From Isurus oxyrinchus (lineage: Eukaryota), in assembly GCA_026770705.1 (NCBI GenBank), contig JANJGN010000017.1, positions 57,598,001 through 57,662,000 of the forward strand: DNA of 64,000 nt, read 5' to 3'. The translations under genes and the position numbers were made by a program. The notes under the pieces were generated by a model. The model ran no database searches and was not told where the DNA came from. It saw nothing but the letters and a program-made list of their open reading frames with translations. This document shows, one piece after another, positions 49,320-62,149 of this stretch. Position 1 is the stretch's first letter. Every line of letters starts with the position of its first letter.

Positions 49320-50720
49320 CTTAACAATGCATCTGCAATTAAATTCTCCCATCCAGCCACATGTATGATTTTTAAATTGAACGGCTACAATAACAAACTC
49401 TGCCAGAATAATCTGGCATTTTATCTCAAAAATTTTCCAGAAACCTCAAAGGATTGTGATTCGTGTATACAACTGTCTCTGAAGAATTGTTTGCAATGTG
49501 CACTTCAAAATGCTGCAACGCTAAAACCAAACTTAAAGTCTCTTTTTCTATAGTTGAATATTTCTTCTGATGCACATGCAACTTCCGTGAGAGTCTCAAG
49601 TCCCAGTTCATTTTGTTGCTGCAACACAGCACAAACACCCACATCACTGGTGTCAACAGCTATTTTAAAGTGCTTTGTATAATCAGATGCTGCTAGAACA
49701 GTGGTTAGTACAGCTTCCAAACTGTTGAATGCAGTCTGACCCTCCTGTGTCCATTGGAATCTCCTGTTCTTTCTCAATAACCCAGTCAGTGGAGCAGCTA
49801 CGCTGCTGGAATTTGGCATGAATTTCCTATAAAATCCATTCATGCCCAGGAATCTCAAAACCTTCTGTTTCGTTGTAGGCACTGCGAGCTCTACATTGGC
49901 TTTTACTTTTGTATCTCACAGGGCCACTTGACCTTGTCCATCAGTGTGGCCTAAATATGTAACTTATGCTTTTACAAATTCACTTTTAGCCAAATTTATC
50001 ACCAAGTTGGCTTCTTGTAGTCGGTCAAACAGTTCCTTTAAATGTTGTGGATGCTCCTCCCAAGTTTGACTGAATACTACTAAGTCATCAATATAGACAG
50101 CACAATTGCTCAGTCCCTCAATCACTTTGTTTGTTAGTCTCTGAAATGTTGCTGCTGCATTTTTCATACCAAATGGCATTACTTTACATTGATATAAACC
50201 ATCTGGCGTCACAAAAGCTGATATCTCTTTTGCCCTTTCAAATAAGGATACTTGCCAGTATCCTCGCAGCAAGTTAATTTTTGTGATAAATGCTGACTGG
50301 CCCACTCTCTTGATACAATCTTCCAATCGTGGAACAGGATATGAATCTGCCTTTGCTACTGCGTTTACTTTGTGGTAATCAATCCATAGTCTTGTTGTCC
50401 TTCCGGTTTGACACCATTAAAATGGGTGAACTCCAATTACTGTGGCTGGGCTCTACAATGTCATTTTCAAGCATAACTTCAATTTCTTTCTGCACTTGAG
50501 CTAATTTTACTGGATTTAAAGTATATGGGTGTTGCCTTATTGAAACTGAATCAACATCATGCAAAGCCAAATTTGTTTTCCCTGGTCTATTTCCACAAAT
50601 TGCTTTGTGTGACTGCAACAGTCTTTGCAAATCACTTCCAGTTTTCTGGAAGGTGACTTAATGCTACATTTAGATTCTTAAGTACATTCTCATTGTTCAA
50701 TTTAATCAGAGGAAGGCCAA
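49320..50720 (-). pseudogene. Gmr1-type RT and RNase H
   Basis: HSNWSSPILMV, DSYPVPRLEDCI, MPFGMKNAAATFQR, AVYIDDLVVFS, FKIAVDTSDVGV, YSTIEKETL, VYTNHNPL. Confidence 0.93.
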
Positions 50721-50766
50721 TTTAGTAACGTTTAATTTCTGTTTCTTCCTCCTTACCTACCACTAT

Positions 50767-51522
50767 CAGGTAATGACCATCTCCAAAAAGAGAGAATCTA
50801 ACCATCGCCCCTTAACATTCAATGGCATTACCATCACTGAATCCCCCACAATCAACATCCTGGGGGTTACCATTGACCAGAAACTGAACTGGGTTACCCA
50901 TATAAATACTATGGCTACAAGAGCAGGTCAGAAGCTAGGAATTGTGCACTGAGTAACTCACCTCCTGACTCCAAAAGCCTGTCCACATTCTACAAGGCAT
51001 AAGTCAAGTGTGTGATGGAATATTCCCCACTTGCCTGGATGAGTGCAGCTCCCACAACACTCAAGAAGTTTGACACCGTCTAGGACAAAGCAGCCTGCTT
51101 CATTGGCACCACATTCACAAACATTCACTCCCTCCACCACCAACGTACAGTAGCAGCAGTATGTACCATCTACAAGTGCATTTCAGGAATTCACCAAGGG
51201 TCCTTAGACAACACCTTCCAAACACATGACCACTACCATCTAGAAGGACAAGGGCAGCAGATAGATGGGAACATCATCACTTGGAGGTTCCCTTCCAAGT
51301 CACTCGCTATCCTGACTTGGAAATACATCACCGTTCCTTCACTGTGGCTGGGTCAAAATCCTGGAAGTCCCTTCCTAACAGCTCTGTGGGTGTACCTATG
51401 CCAAATGGACTGCAGTGGTTCAAGAAGTCAGCTCATCATCACTTTCTCAAGAACAACTAGGGATGGGCAATAAATGCTGACCTGGCCAGCGAAGCCCACA
51501 TCCCGTGAATGAATTGTAAAAA
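50767..51522 (+). mobile_element. CR1/L2-group LINE 3' fragment inserted between IN and RT
   Basis: INILGVTIDQKLNW, VMEYSPLAWMSAAPTTLKK; tail gggcaataaatgctg...catcccgtgaatgaat. Confidence 0.9.
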
Positions 51523-51532
51523 GTAACTCCTT

Positions 51533-52045
51533 CTATTTATCCTCTCTGTCAGGGTACCTTTTTAAGATGTTCACATGGCACACTTGCTGACTCTTTCTTC
51601 CCTCTGGGGTATTCACTACATAGTTTCCCTCAATCAGTCTCTTTTGGATCTGGTAAGGTCCACTAAACTTTGCCTTTAACGGTTCGCCTGACACTGGCAA
51701 CAACACTAACATTTTCTCCCCAGCCACAAAACTACCAGCCTTTGGCCTTTTATCCACATTTGCCTTCATCACTTGCTGTGATATCTTTAAATGTTCCCTA
51801 GCTAGCTCACATGACCTACTCAATCTGTCTATAAATTTCATCACATAATCCAGGAAAGTAGTTACAGAACTTTCACTCATTAATTTCTCCTGAATCAATT
51901 TGAGTGGTCCCCTTACTTTGTGACCATAAAGAAACTTGAAAGGTCTGAATTCTGTTGACTGATTAGGACGTTGTGAATAGCGAACAACAAGAATGGAATC
52001 CCTCAATTCCAATCATGTGGGTAGTTTTGATTATATGCTCTAATC
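51533..52045 (-). pseudogene. Gmr1-type integrase C-terminal part
   Basis: GIPFLLFAI, VRGPLKL, PLKAKFSGPYQI (GPY/F motif), CHVNILKRY. Confidence 0.9.
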
Positions 52046-53006
52046 AGAGGGCAGAATTTTCCTGAAGGCAGGCCACTTTTCCCACCGAAGGTCATTGGGG
52101 AGCTCATTGCAATACATCAGCAAATCATTAAACGGCCATCCCGCGAGGCTCTTGGACCCCTCCGGATCGTCCATCCAAGTTGGCGGGAAAGCACGTCGAA
52201 GTGCTTCACAACAGCACACATGTGATGTGCATTTGGCAACCTTCACTTTGAGGGAACTGAGGTGAGTGAGCAGCATCGTTTTCCACAGTTTGCCATGGTC
52301 GCCTGTTGATTTGCAGGCTTCAGGGTCAACAGGGGGCCTGGGTGAAGTGCTGTCCTGCCACAGAGGTGACTGTTTTTGGGGAGGGAGGGTGTCCAGGGGC
52401 AACTGCTGCCCAGCCTCGGAGGTAACTGTTGATGTTGTCGGGGGTTGGGGGGACAACTGCTGCCCTGGTGTTGGTTCTCGCGCACAACAAATCGAGGTGG
52501 GGGGCATAGTAGGCGAGGGAATTGGTCATGCATCTGGGACACCTGTATAAACTGACCATTCCTCTGCAACTGAGACAGTTCAGGCGCAGCCACAGTGATG
52601 TGACTGGGGTGCCACCAAGCACTGCAGACATTACCAAACCCCTCCCCCCCATCGTCATCCTACTCACCCACCCCCGGCACAGTCTGTGACCACTGTACTG
52701 GACCACGGAGCAGTTGGACTGCACACATTGTACAATCTCCTCGCCAATGCTGGCCATGTAGCAGTCACTGCTGGAGGCACACACAGCCCCTTGCAATCTC
52801 AACAGCCCGGTTGAGAGCAGTTTCCCCCATGTCGCAGGTTGACGGGGCAGCTAATCTGCACACTCACCTGTGGCCATCCGAGGGGTGGCCAGCACTCTCC
52901 GGGAAGCATTAAGGGGCGGTCACACAGGGACAGGAAAGGTGCTAAGCACAGCTATGCTAACCACGTCTCTCTCTTTTTCATTCCGCAGGAGGACCACGTC
53001 AGGAGC

Positions 53007-54180
53007 CTGGAGCTGTATGCCTAATAGCCTTCAGAGACCGTAGAAGACGGAGGAGAGAGTGACAGGCTCCTGGCTGTGCAAAGGCAGGAGCAGCAACCTC
53101 ACGAAGAAGGGGCAGCAGCAGCTCCCGCACATGCTGCCCAGGAGTGACAACAAGCCCCTGGCTGGTCATTGCCTAGCAACACCCAAGGTCTATAGACGTC
53201 ACCTGTCATTCCTGCAGATGACTGAGAACCAGTGTCACCAATGACTGCACATGTCTCGGGACCTGGTCACACACATCTGCCACTTACTGCAGGACTTGGC
53301 GCCAAGGTGACATGGAGGGCATCCACTGCCAGTGGCTGTGACAGTGACCGCGGTGCTCAATTTCAATGCCAGTGGCTCCTTTCAGGGCTCCACAGGTGAC
53401 CTCTATAGGATATCACAAGCCACCTCCCACAAATGCATCCATGAGGTCACATATGCCACCTTCTCGAGGGCACACAACTTTGAGCATTTCATCGGGAGCG
53501 GGACAGCCAGGATGCAAGTGTCATTGGATTTGCCTAGATCTCAGGATGCCCAAAGGTGGGGGGTACGATTGACTGCACCCTTCTGGTGCTCAGGTCTCCA
53601 TCGCTGCACACGTTGGGCTACATCACCCACAATGGATTCCACTCAGTGAATGTGCAGCTGGTATGTGACCACCAGAAATGCATCCTGCAGGTGTGCTCAC
53701 GGTTTCCAAGGTCCACAGAAGCTGCTGGGATGGCTCCTCGGGGACAAGGGCTACCCGCAGAGGCTGAGCTGATGACACCTGTGCAGCTGCCTCAGACTGC
53801 AGCAGAGCAACGGCATAAAGCTGCTTACGCTGCAGCTTGCAAATTGGTGGAGCAGACCATTGGGATGCTGAAGATGAGGTTCTGGTGCCTGGACTGATGT
53901 GGTGGAGCCCTGCAAGACAGTCCACAGAGGGTGTCATGCATCATTGTTGTCTGCTGCACCTTTTACAACCTGGTGCTCCAACGGGGAGACGAGCTGGCTG
54001 AGGAACAGACGGAGGAGCTGCATGTCTCCTTCAATAAGTAATGGAGATGAGGGTGAGGAGGGTGAAGAGGTGCTCGGAGGTGACAATGACGAGGATGAGA
54101 CACACACTGGTTGACGAGGCATGCGCACTCGGGAGGCCCTCATAGCTGTTAGATTTGTGGAGGATGACGACGACATGCAG
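53007..54180 (+). pseudogene. Harbinger (HARBI1-like) DDE transposase
   Basis: SGSFQGSTGDL, GTIDCT, GFHSVNVQLVCDH, WLLGDKGYP, VEQTIGMLKMRFWCLD; frameshifts. Confidence 0.92.
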
Positions 54181-54924
54181 TGAGGAGACACCATAGATAC
54201 TCACATTGCATCTATGAACGTTTGAGACCAGTCTGGCTTACAGCAGCGCGAATACCCTCTGATAATGCTCTTGTGATGGAGATGCAGTGCAGGCCCTAAT
54301 AGGCGCTGGATTGCAGGAGGATTATGACAACCTGCAGTGAGGACACTCCATAAATCTTCACATAGCCTCTGAGAATGTTTGACTTCTGTATAGCCAAGGG
54401 CAGCAAGCTTGCATTAAATGTTCAGGATCATATCATACAGATGCAGCCAAGAAACCTTAGAAGCATCTGATGCTTGGTCTACCTTCAGTAGCTGAGTCCT
54501 TCAGGAGCTGGATCACAGCATCATTGGTCACAGATGCTGAAGCAATGGGGGAACAGCCTCTCCTTAAAGGTGCTGAGAGCACATTGAGAGAATGATGGGA
54601 CTCTGTGACGCCTGCCCACTACATTCTGGCAGCAATGACCAGCACCACCGAGGTGCAGGCATTAGTAATGTTTCCAGGAAGTGTGCTTCCGGACCATTAC
54701 TTTGGCCTGAAGGCTGCACAGAGTACAGGGAAGAGGGCCTGGACTGAGACACCTGCCTTTATCTTGTGCGGAAAGGTTTCACATCTGAGTAACAAGAACA
54801 CTGCTCATCAGAACTAGGAACCACAGGCAGGGAGACATTCTTGAGAGTTTATTGACAATAGTGAACAGTATGTACAAGTGGTTAACAGCCATGCACAGGC
54901 TGTACAACTAATTCTCCTTAACTG

Positions 54925-56547
54925 TTCTAACCCTGCCTCTATATCTTGGTGCTCCCCAGACATCCACAGCGGAGGTGGAAGCAGCCTGCTGACTGCGACA
55001 CCCTGTCTGTGAGGACTTTGGCGGGCGTCCTCTGGAGGGCTAAGACTTGGAGGGCCCCGGACTGCTATTGGGGTCCTGCTGTGTGGCAGTGGTACTCTCC
55101 TTGGCCTGTGAAGCTGGAGCTGCTGAAGTCACAGGAAGAGGGGAGTTAGATGGGCCAGTCACTCCCAGAGTCACTAGGGTGGATGGGCCTGGAGTGAGCA
55201 CCTGCTTTACCACCTCCCTATGGGTGCCCACAGGTCTCTGGCTGATTCCTTGAAGGGAATGGGTAGCTGCAGTGAGGCAGCGCTACCCCGCACCGCTCTC
55301 GAGTACAAACTGTTGTAGGCCAACAATGGCATCTGCAATGGAGCTGAGCCCACACAGCAATGCATGAGCAAAATCCTGGACCAAGGTCTCCATGGCGGCT
55401 GCCATCCTATCAATGTTGACCGCGGTGTGTTGGCAGGCCAGCTCTATCATCTCAGCCTGAAGGCAGATGGACTCCTCCATCGTGCCTTGCAATTAGAGGA
55501 ATGCAGTGGACATCCATTCCTGATGTTCCTGAGCTTGCCTTTGCAGCTCCAGCAACTGTGACATGACCGAGTCCTGAGGCATCTGACTCGGACTCAGCAA
55601 ATTTCTGGCTTCCAGCAGCCCTCCAAGTGCTGTGGACCTGGGAAGTCCCTGCCACCACTTGCTGTGGATCATACAGTGTGATGTGATCACCAGATTATTA
55701 TCCTGGGGCTACTCTAAAGTTAGGTCCCCGCGAGGTGTGTGTCTCTGCACTGGTGGAGGGTGTGGGTGAGCACTGTGATGGGACTTCAGGGAGAGTGCCT
55801 TCAGATTCCTCTTCAGAGGTTTCTTCAGGGCTTGATTGGAGGCCCTGGGTCATGGACTCTGTCAGCTGTTTGGCAGATGTGCCTGCAGAAGCAAGGAAAA
55901 ATAATTAGAGCATGGCAGTGGCTGTGAAACAGGACACATCACGGCATGGTTGTCTGATGGATGTTGCACTGCTGGACCCTCACATGGTAGAGCACTGACA
56001 ACCTCACCATCAGCACAGGACCGGTCCAGATTCTCGCCGGCCAACTGGATGGCTCGTGAGGACATTGACCTCTCTCTCTTGTTGTGTGCCAGTTTGTCCT
56101 GCATGAATAGAGATAGAGGATGCCTACCGGGCCAGATAATAAATGTACCTGGCCTGTGTGGGTCGTGAATGGTCCCATGGACAGGCTGAGGACAATGAAG
56201 ATGTGTATGAGAGACTGAATGGTGATGTCCCTTGAACAAGCAGTGACGGCCCTGTGGATGTGTGGTGGGTTTGTGAGTGTGTGAGTTGCGGGTGATGCAA
56301 AGAGTGACTTACCCTGGCGGAACAGAGGAGATCATTCATCCTCTTGCGGCACTGGGTGACTGTCCTCTTCTGAAGGGCGTTGGCACTGACTACCACCTCC
56401 CAAGTCGGATTGGTCACGTTGCTGCCCATCCTGCAGCCAGGGTGGGGGTACTTGACATCCCAGTGGGCCTCTCCGGCATCCAGCAGTTGCTCAAGGGACC
56501 CGTCATTGAACCGGGGGGGCTGTGGTCTCTTTTACTTTGCTGGCCAT
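54925..56547 (-). pseudogene. Harbinger Myb/SANT-like gene, three exons
   Basis: Exon 1 56547-56313 (RFNDGSLEQLL ... TQCRKRMNDL, donor gtaagt), exon 2 from 56098 (DKLAHNKRER), exon 3 from about 55883. Confidence 0.85.
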
Positions 56548-56820
56548 GTCTCCTGTGTAACAGTGGTGAGCTGGTAGCGATGAGCGGTGTGCTAGCAACC
56601 ACATTTTAAACATGGCAGCCAGTGTGATACAATGGTGGGTTGATGGCAGGAGAGCGAATGAGAGCACGCTTGCCATGGAAACAGCATGTTTCCCAGGAAT
56701 GCATAAATAATGAGGTGGGTTTGGGATGATACAACATGAAAACCTGCCATTGCCAGTGGGTAAAATGTCGCTTTACACACCTGCTACCGCACTTAGTGCA
56801 AATCTGGGAAAATGTCGCCC

Positions 56821-57560
56821 ATAATCTTTAAAGTTTGATGCCACCTTTCCAATGCACCTTGTGATTCAGGATGATAGGCTGACGACCTAAATTACTTTAT
56901 TCCTAAGCTGTTCATTTCTTCTTCATACAGTTGTGACATGAAATGCGAACGTTGATCTCATTGTATTTCTTATGGTAATCCATATCTTGAAAAGAATTTG
57001 GTCAACTCTTCTACAATCACCTTTGCTGTGATTTCCCTCAAAGGTACTGTTTCCGGAAATCTCATGGACACATCCATGATTGTCAGTAAATTTCCATTTT
57101 CAGTCTTAGGGAGGGGTCCTACACAATCAGTCAGGACCATGCTAAAAGGTTCTGCCAATGCTGGAATTGGAATTAAAAGTGCCGGTTTAATTGCTGCTTG
57201 AGCTTATCTTATCACACGACAGAAGTTAACTGCATCTTTATGTAGCCCAGGCCAATAGAAAGGTCTTTGTATCTTAGCTCAAATTTTCCTAATATTCAAA
57301 TGCCCAGCCATTGGAATTTCGTAAGCCGCTCTCAAAATTTAATTCCGGTACCTCGATGGTATCACTACTTGGTGCACTATCACCCACATTTTATCTGCCG
57401 GGACATGGGGCGGTCTCCACTTTCTCATTAACACATTGTCTTTAAGTAATAATACTCTGGAATGTATCCTGCTTCTGATTCAGAATCAGTTGTCTGGTAT
57501 AACTGCTTTAAGTCTGGATCCTGCTGCTGTAACTCCACTAACTTCAAGGAACCAAACACC
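56821..57560 (-). pseudogene. Gmr1-type integrase N-terminal part and core
   Basis: EIPMAGHL, FYWPGL, PFSMVLTDCVGPLPKT, FSRYGLP, SAYHPESQGALERWHQTLK. Confidence 0.9.
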
Positions 57561-57699
57561 CCAGCCTCATCCTCTCCAACCCTCCCCTCCTTTACAATCT
57601 TTTCAAAGATAGATCCAGCCAACGGAGGTTCAGTATCCTCCCTATATTTTAGATTCTTCCTCTTCCTGTTTAAGTTTGTGTGTCAGTGACCTCGTGTGA

Positions 57700-58990
57700 C
57701 ACAATCTGGAAACAATCCAGGATGCTCCATCTGCATAAACTCTGTTGATTATATCTCAACAGGCTCCTCTACTACAATAGGTGTTGTCAATACTTGTGAT
57801 CCGGTTATATCATTTCCTAGAATAAATTGAACTTCTGCGATAGGCCAGTTCTCCACCACTCCAACAATCACCTCTCCTGTTTTCAAATCACTTTTTAAAT
57901 TTAGTTTATATAACAAAATAGGCTTGAAGCCCCCATGAATTCCACTAACTAGCACTTTCTCCTGCCATAACCCTTCTGAACAACAGATGGCACAATCCCA
58001 TAACATTAATGACTGGCTAGCCCTGTAGCTCTTAAGGTCCTCAAAGTCTTTCCTGCTCTTCCCAGAACACATGGATATACTTCCCTTTGAATATAAAATC
58101 TTGAAACATCTTTGTAGCTTTCCCTCCAGAATTCCCTTGGGAAGGTTGCAAACATATTCCCACCTCTCTGACTAATACTGACTCTTCCTTCTTCACCTGT
58201 ACAAGGGCTACTAGTCTGTCTTGTACTTGGGCCTCTTTCACTTACAGAACTCTTCTCAGTTTCTATCACTGCAAATTCCCTTTTAACCTCCAACAATTTG
58301 ATCTTATATGTCTAGCCTTGTTACAATGGTAACATACTACTTTTCTTCCTTCAACTTTGCCTTCTACATTTCCATCTTTAATAGCGTGGCATCCTTCAGC
58401 TAGCTCCTTGTTACTAACACATCTATCATCACTAGGTTTCCTTACCTCCAACTTTCTTGCTGACTCCCATATGATCCTTTTCCTATACTCAATTGTCTGT
58501 GTGAAACATCATAAGTATTGGTTAAGACATCCCTGATCTTTTTACCTTGTCTTTCATCTAAATATGTCTTGATAGTTACTGCAATACTATTTCTAACTTC
58601 TTCCATAGTCATAATCTCGCTTACACTTTCAAAAGTCTTGTCTAACTTTAATGCCCTAAACCATTGATTCCAAAGTTTCTTTTTCTCTTACAAATTCTAC
58701 AAATGTCTGATCAGTTCTCTTTCTTACAGTCCTAAACTTCAATTGATAAGCTTCAGGGACAAGCTAATAAGCATTTAATATCACCTTTTCTACTACCTCA
58801 TAATCTGCAGTTTGTTCCTCTGCTAAACTAGCATACATTGCTGTACCTGACAAAATACTCTGTAACGTTATAGTCCAAGCATCTCTTGGCCAATTCAATT
58901 GCACAGCTATCTTTTCAAATGAGGTGAAATATCTTTGAACTCCATCCTCCGTAATTTTAGACACTGACCAAACATTTTTAGTTAATTCAA
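57700..58990 (-). pseudogene. Gmr1-type gag (capsid/SCAN-related region, CCHC knuckle) and protease
   Basis: YFTSFEKIAVQLNWP, DYEVVEKVILNAY*LVPEAY, CYHCNKARHIRSNC, FILGNDI. Confidence 0.85.
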
Positions 58991-59083
58991 ATTCCTTAAC
59001 ACAAAACTCCTGAATTCATAACTCCCTTCATACTCATATCCTTTTGGATTCACAAACTCCAAACCAATTCAAGGAATTTTAAT

Positions 59084-59101
59084 ATCCTAGACAAGCCCCC
59101 A
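59084..59101 (-). other. Primer-binding site complementary to tRNA-Pro
   Basis: Minus strand tgggggcttgtctaggat vs TGGGGGCTCGTCCGGGAT, 15/18, all mismatches at CpG. Confidence 0.85.
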
Positions 59102-59105
59102 AATT

Positions 59106-60043
59106 TGTTACAACTGCAGCTTATGTTATTCACTGAGTAAGCCAAATCCAAGAGGGAAATTTGCCTTTACTGATCATGACTCTTTTTTTGTATTTTGAAA
59201 ACAAGGGGAAAACTACTAATCCTAGAAACATGGAATCCCAGTAACACTTTTAGGATTTTAAAATTTAAAAAAATTATTAACATGAAGAAACTTAAGCACA
59301 CAAGATTAAAATTACATAGTTAAAATAGTCGTACAAAACCATCCCCAAAAAAACTTGGTCAAAACACACCAGTAAACTATTTGGCAACAGCTCCTTTATA
59401 GATTTTTAATCATAAAAATCCAGTAATATTACCCAAGGCAAAAATGCTGCTACTTTAATAAAGTATACCACAAGACTTCTCGCCCTCTTCCACTCTGCTG
59501 TAGACCCGAAGGAAGTTCAGAAACAGACTGTTTTCCGAAAACAAAGAATCTTCTGGCTTAGAACTGGATGGTGGCTTCAAATTCGCAACTTTTCCCAGCA
59601 CAGAGCTGGTCTCAGGACATCTCCCTCACACAGCCAACACAACTCAATGAAACATCTTTCCTTAAATATTCCTTTCCCCATTGATCTTAGACTTCATTGT
59701 TCTAAGCACCTCTTTGAACTCAATTTTTCCAAAATATAAAAATATTTCATGTCTTCCTATTGCCTCCACTTTCAGGTAGAATAAAATTTAACAACCTTCC
59801 CTTGTTTTCCTATGAAATCTTTGTAAGTTGTAAAAGTCCCTTGTCACTTCTAAATTCTCATTAAACTTAACAGCTGAAAAGTCAAGTTCCTACTTATAAT
59901 GCAAATTTCAAACCCAACCTATTTACTCATACAGTCAACTTCACCATAGTCTCTCATTACAAATGCATGTATCTAGCACCCTTAATCTTTCATCTTGCTG
60001 CCCTCATAGACAAACTGTCTTTAGTAACCTTCCCTCAGTTTAA

Positions 60044-60081
<38 letters not shown>

Positions 60082-60141
60082 AGCCTTTTTTACAGAATAT
60101 CACCATATTCCCAAAAATATTGTTAAAAATCCATCTTCACA
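59106..60141 (-). repeat. 5' LTR (1036 bp) with (CA)n tract at about 60047-60082
   Basis: TGTTACA ... CTTCACA; both ends align with 48694-49106. Confidence 0.9.
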
Positions 60142-60364
60142 GAAGCAACTTCTCAAAAATAGAATCTGAGCATTTAGCAGCCCGCAGGTTGGTATGGCTT
60201 ACATGATCCTTTAAAACTTAAAATTCACAACAGTCTAATATCAGTTTATATTTTATTAAGGGAGGCCTGAAAGAAATATTTTAAATCTTTACAGTTTTTT
60301 GGGGTGGCCATCACCCTGAAGTGGCAACAGAGAAAAGCACATGAGTAAAAATAAATAAATAATT

Positions 60365-60775
60365 TTTGTTTATATGGCAGCTTTCAAAATCTCCATACTC
60401 CTAAAATCTTCATAACCAATGAGGTACATTTGAAATGTAGTTAGTATTATAATGTAAGGAAATGCAACAGCCAATTTGTAATCCACAAGGTCCCACAAAC
60501 AGCAATGAGACAAATAACCAGACAATCTGTTTTAGTTGGTTGAGTGTTAACTGTTGGCCAGGTCACGGGAAGAACTCTCTTGACTTATTTGAACAATGCC
60601 ATCAGATCGTTTGCATCTACCTGAGAGAATAGACAAAGCCTCCGAGTTAGCATCTTATTTGAGATTAGCATCTCCCTCAATATCATACTGAAATGGTATT
60701 GTAGATCAAGTGCTCAAGTATCTGGAGTGGGAGTGAGACTTGAATGTCAAAGACAGGAGTGCTATTACTGAGGCA
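60365..60775 (-). mobile_element. Deu-domain SINE (SacSINE1-like), degraded
   Basis: cagccaatttg...aaggtcccacaaacagcaatgag...ttggccagg...gtgctcaagtatctggagtggga matches the recalled shark Deu-SINE consensus. Confidence 0.65.
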
Positions 60776-60861
60776 GGGCGGCAACCTCTTTAATTAAAAT
60801 TGGTCCTGTCTGCCTTATATGGAGTGCACACATTTTTCCTGGAAGAATACGTAACATATTG

Positions 60862-60985
60862 GCCAGGATTTTCTTGCCCTATCGCAGGCGGGGCATGCCG
60901 CGGGCAAGGCAGCGCCCCAACCAGAAGTCCATTGACTTGGCGGGACTAGGCAATCCTGGCAGTGGGCGGGTGCGGAAAATCAGGT
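60862..60985. mobile_element. Short GC-rich MITE
   Basis: ggccaggattttc ... ggaaaatcagg; related to 28879-29015. Confidence 0.6.
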
Positions 60986-62149
60986 GGAGTGAGGAATGAA
61001 TTAAGGTTCAGAGACCCTTAAATATACGTAGGAATAGTGTTGAAATTTAGCCAGCTTATATCGTCTTGTGAGCTTTCCATTATCAAGTTAGGACCATCAC
61101 GCCTGCGAGGACATTGACTTGTAGGGTGATCTAGAGTTCCAGTCAGGTAACATGTCTACCCCTTCCACATCCAACAATGATGCAGGCTGACTTGTTATTT
61201 ATTAACAGTGGCCTGGAGTACTGTGGGTCAGCCTAGCTCAGATACCAAAGAACTACAGCATACTGACTTCCAATTTCCCATCACCAAACATGTTTTCTTA
61301 GATCCAGCTCAACTAAAAGGGATCACACTTATCTCTTCTGTACACCTCGAAGGATAGTTACTAAATGGCAATAAGACAACTGGCGAAATGCTGGGTTAAG
61401 CCCTTGCTGGGCAAACAGCAGGGTGAAAAAAATCTAACTCCTATTTTAATCTGCAATAAGGATTAAGTATAACATTGCGACATTGCATGCCTCTTTGGCA
61501 GATCAAAATGAATAAGTTCATCAATGAATAAACTGGGCATCATTGTTGAGATTTTTTACTTCTTACTTCTTGTGAGGAGGATGCACTAGTGTTCAATAAT
61601 TCCACAGACACATATCATAGGGTGAAATTGGACCTTGTTAATCAAGCAGAAAACAGGCATAGAGTTCCAACTGAGCAAAACAAACTCCCACTCCCAAACA
61701 GCACAGGAAACCATATTGGATGCAGTACAGGCAGCTGCCTAAAACAGGCATTAGGGGCCTTGATTATGTTGATAAGTGGCCAAGTGTGCCTCATCTAGGA
61801 CCCATCCTGAAATATGTATACCCTGAGCAGGCATCGGGTCTGCTCTGTTCATGATTACTTGGGCCATGATTTTACATTGGTCAGGCGGACGCGGCAGGGG
61901 CAGGTCAGGAACCCGACCGTCGCCCGCAATAAGCTCCTCACCGCCATTTTACACAGGCGGGCCAATTAAGGTATATTCAGTGTAATACGTGACTTCAGCA
62001 TCAGCATGAAGGGGCGGGTGGGGCCGGGAGCTCAATGTTCGCTGGGTCGAATGGGACCTGGCAGCCGATTCAAAAGCAGTCATGGCAGTCATGTGAGGGC
62101 TACCATTGACTCAGAGGACCATTGTCCTGGAGAACATCAGTGTTGAACA

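Larger units (their letters stand above)
52049..56820 (+). mobile_element. Full-length PIF/Harbinger transposon inserted in the integrase gene
   Basis: GGGCAGAATTTTCC / GGAAAATGTCGCCC; flanks AGA/ATA; removal restores HQTLKIMIRAY. Confidence 0.92.
48694..60141 (-). mobile_element. Complete but decayed Gmr1-type Ty3/Gypsy provirus
   Basis: Two homologous LTRs, PBS, PPT, flanks caag/gaag, domain order gag-PR-IN-RT-RH. Confidence 0.9.

Noticed and set aside
53007-54180. Domesticated host HARBI1 gene
   Set aside because: Frameshifted, multi-copy, bounded by TIRs and TSD
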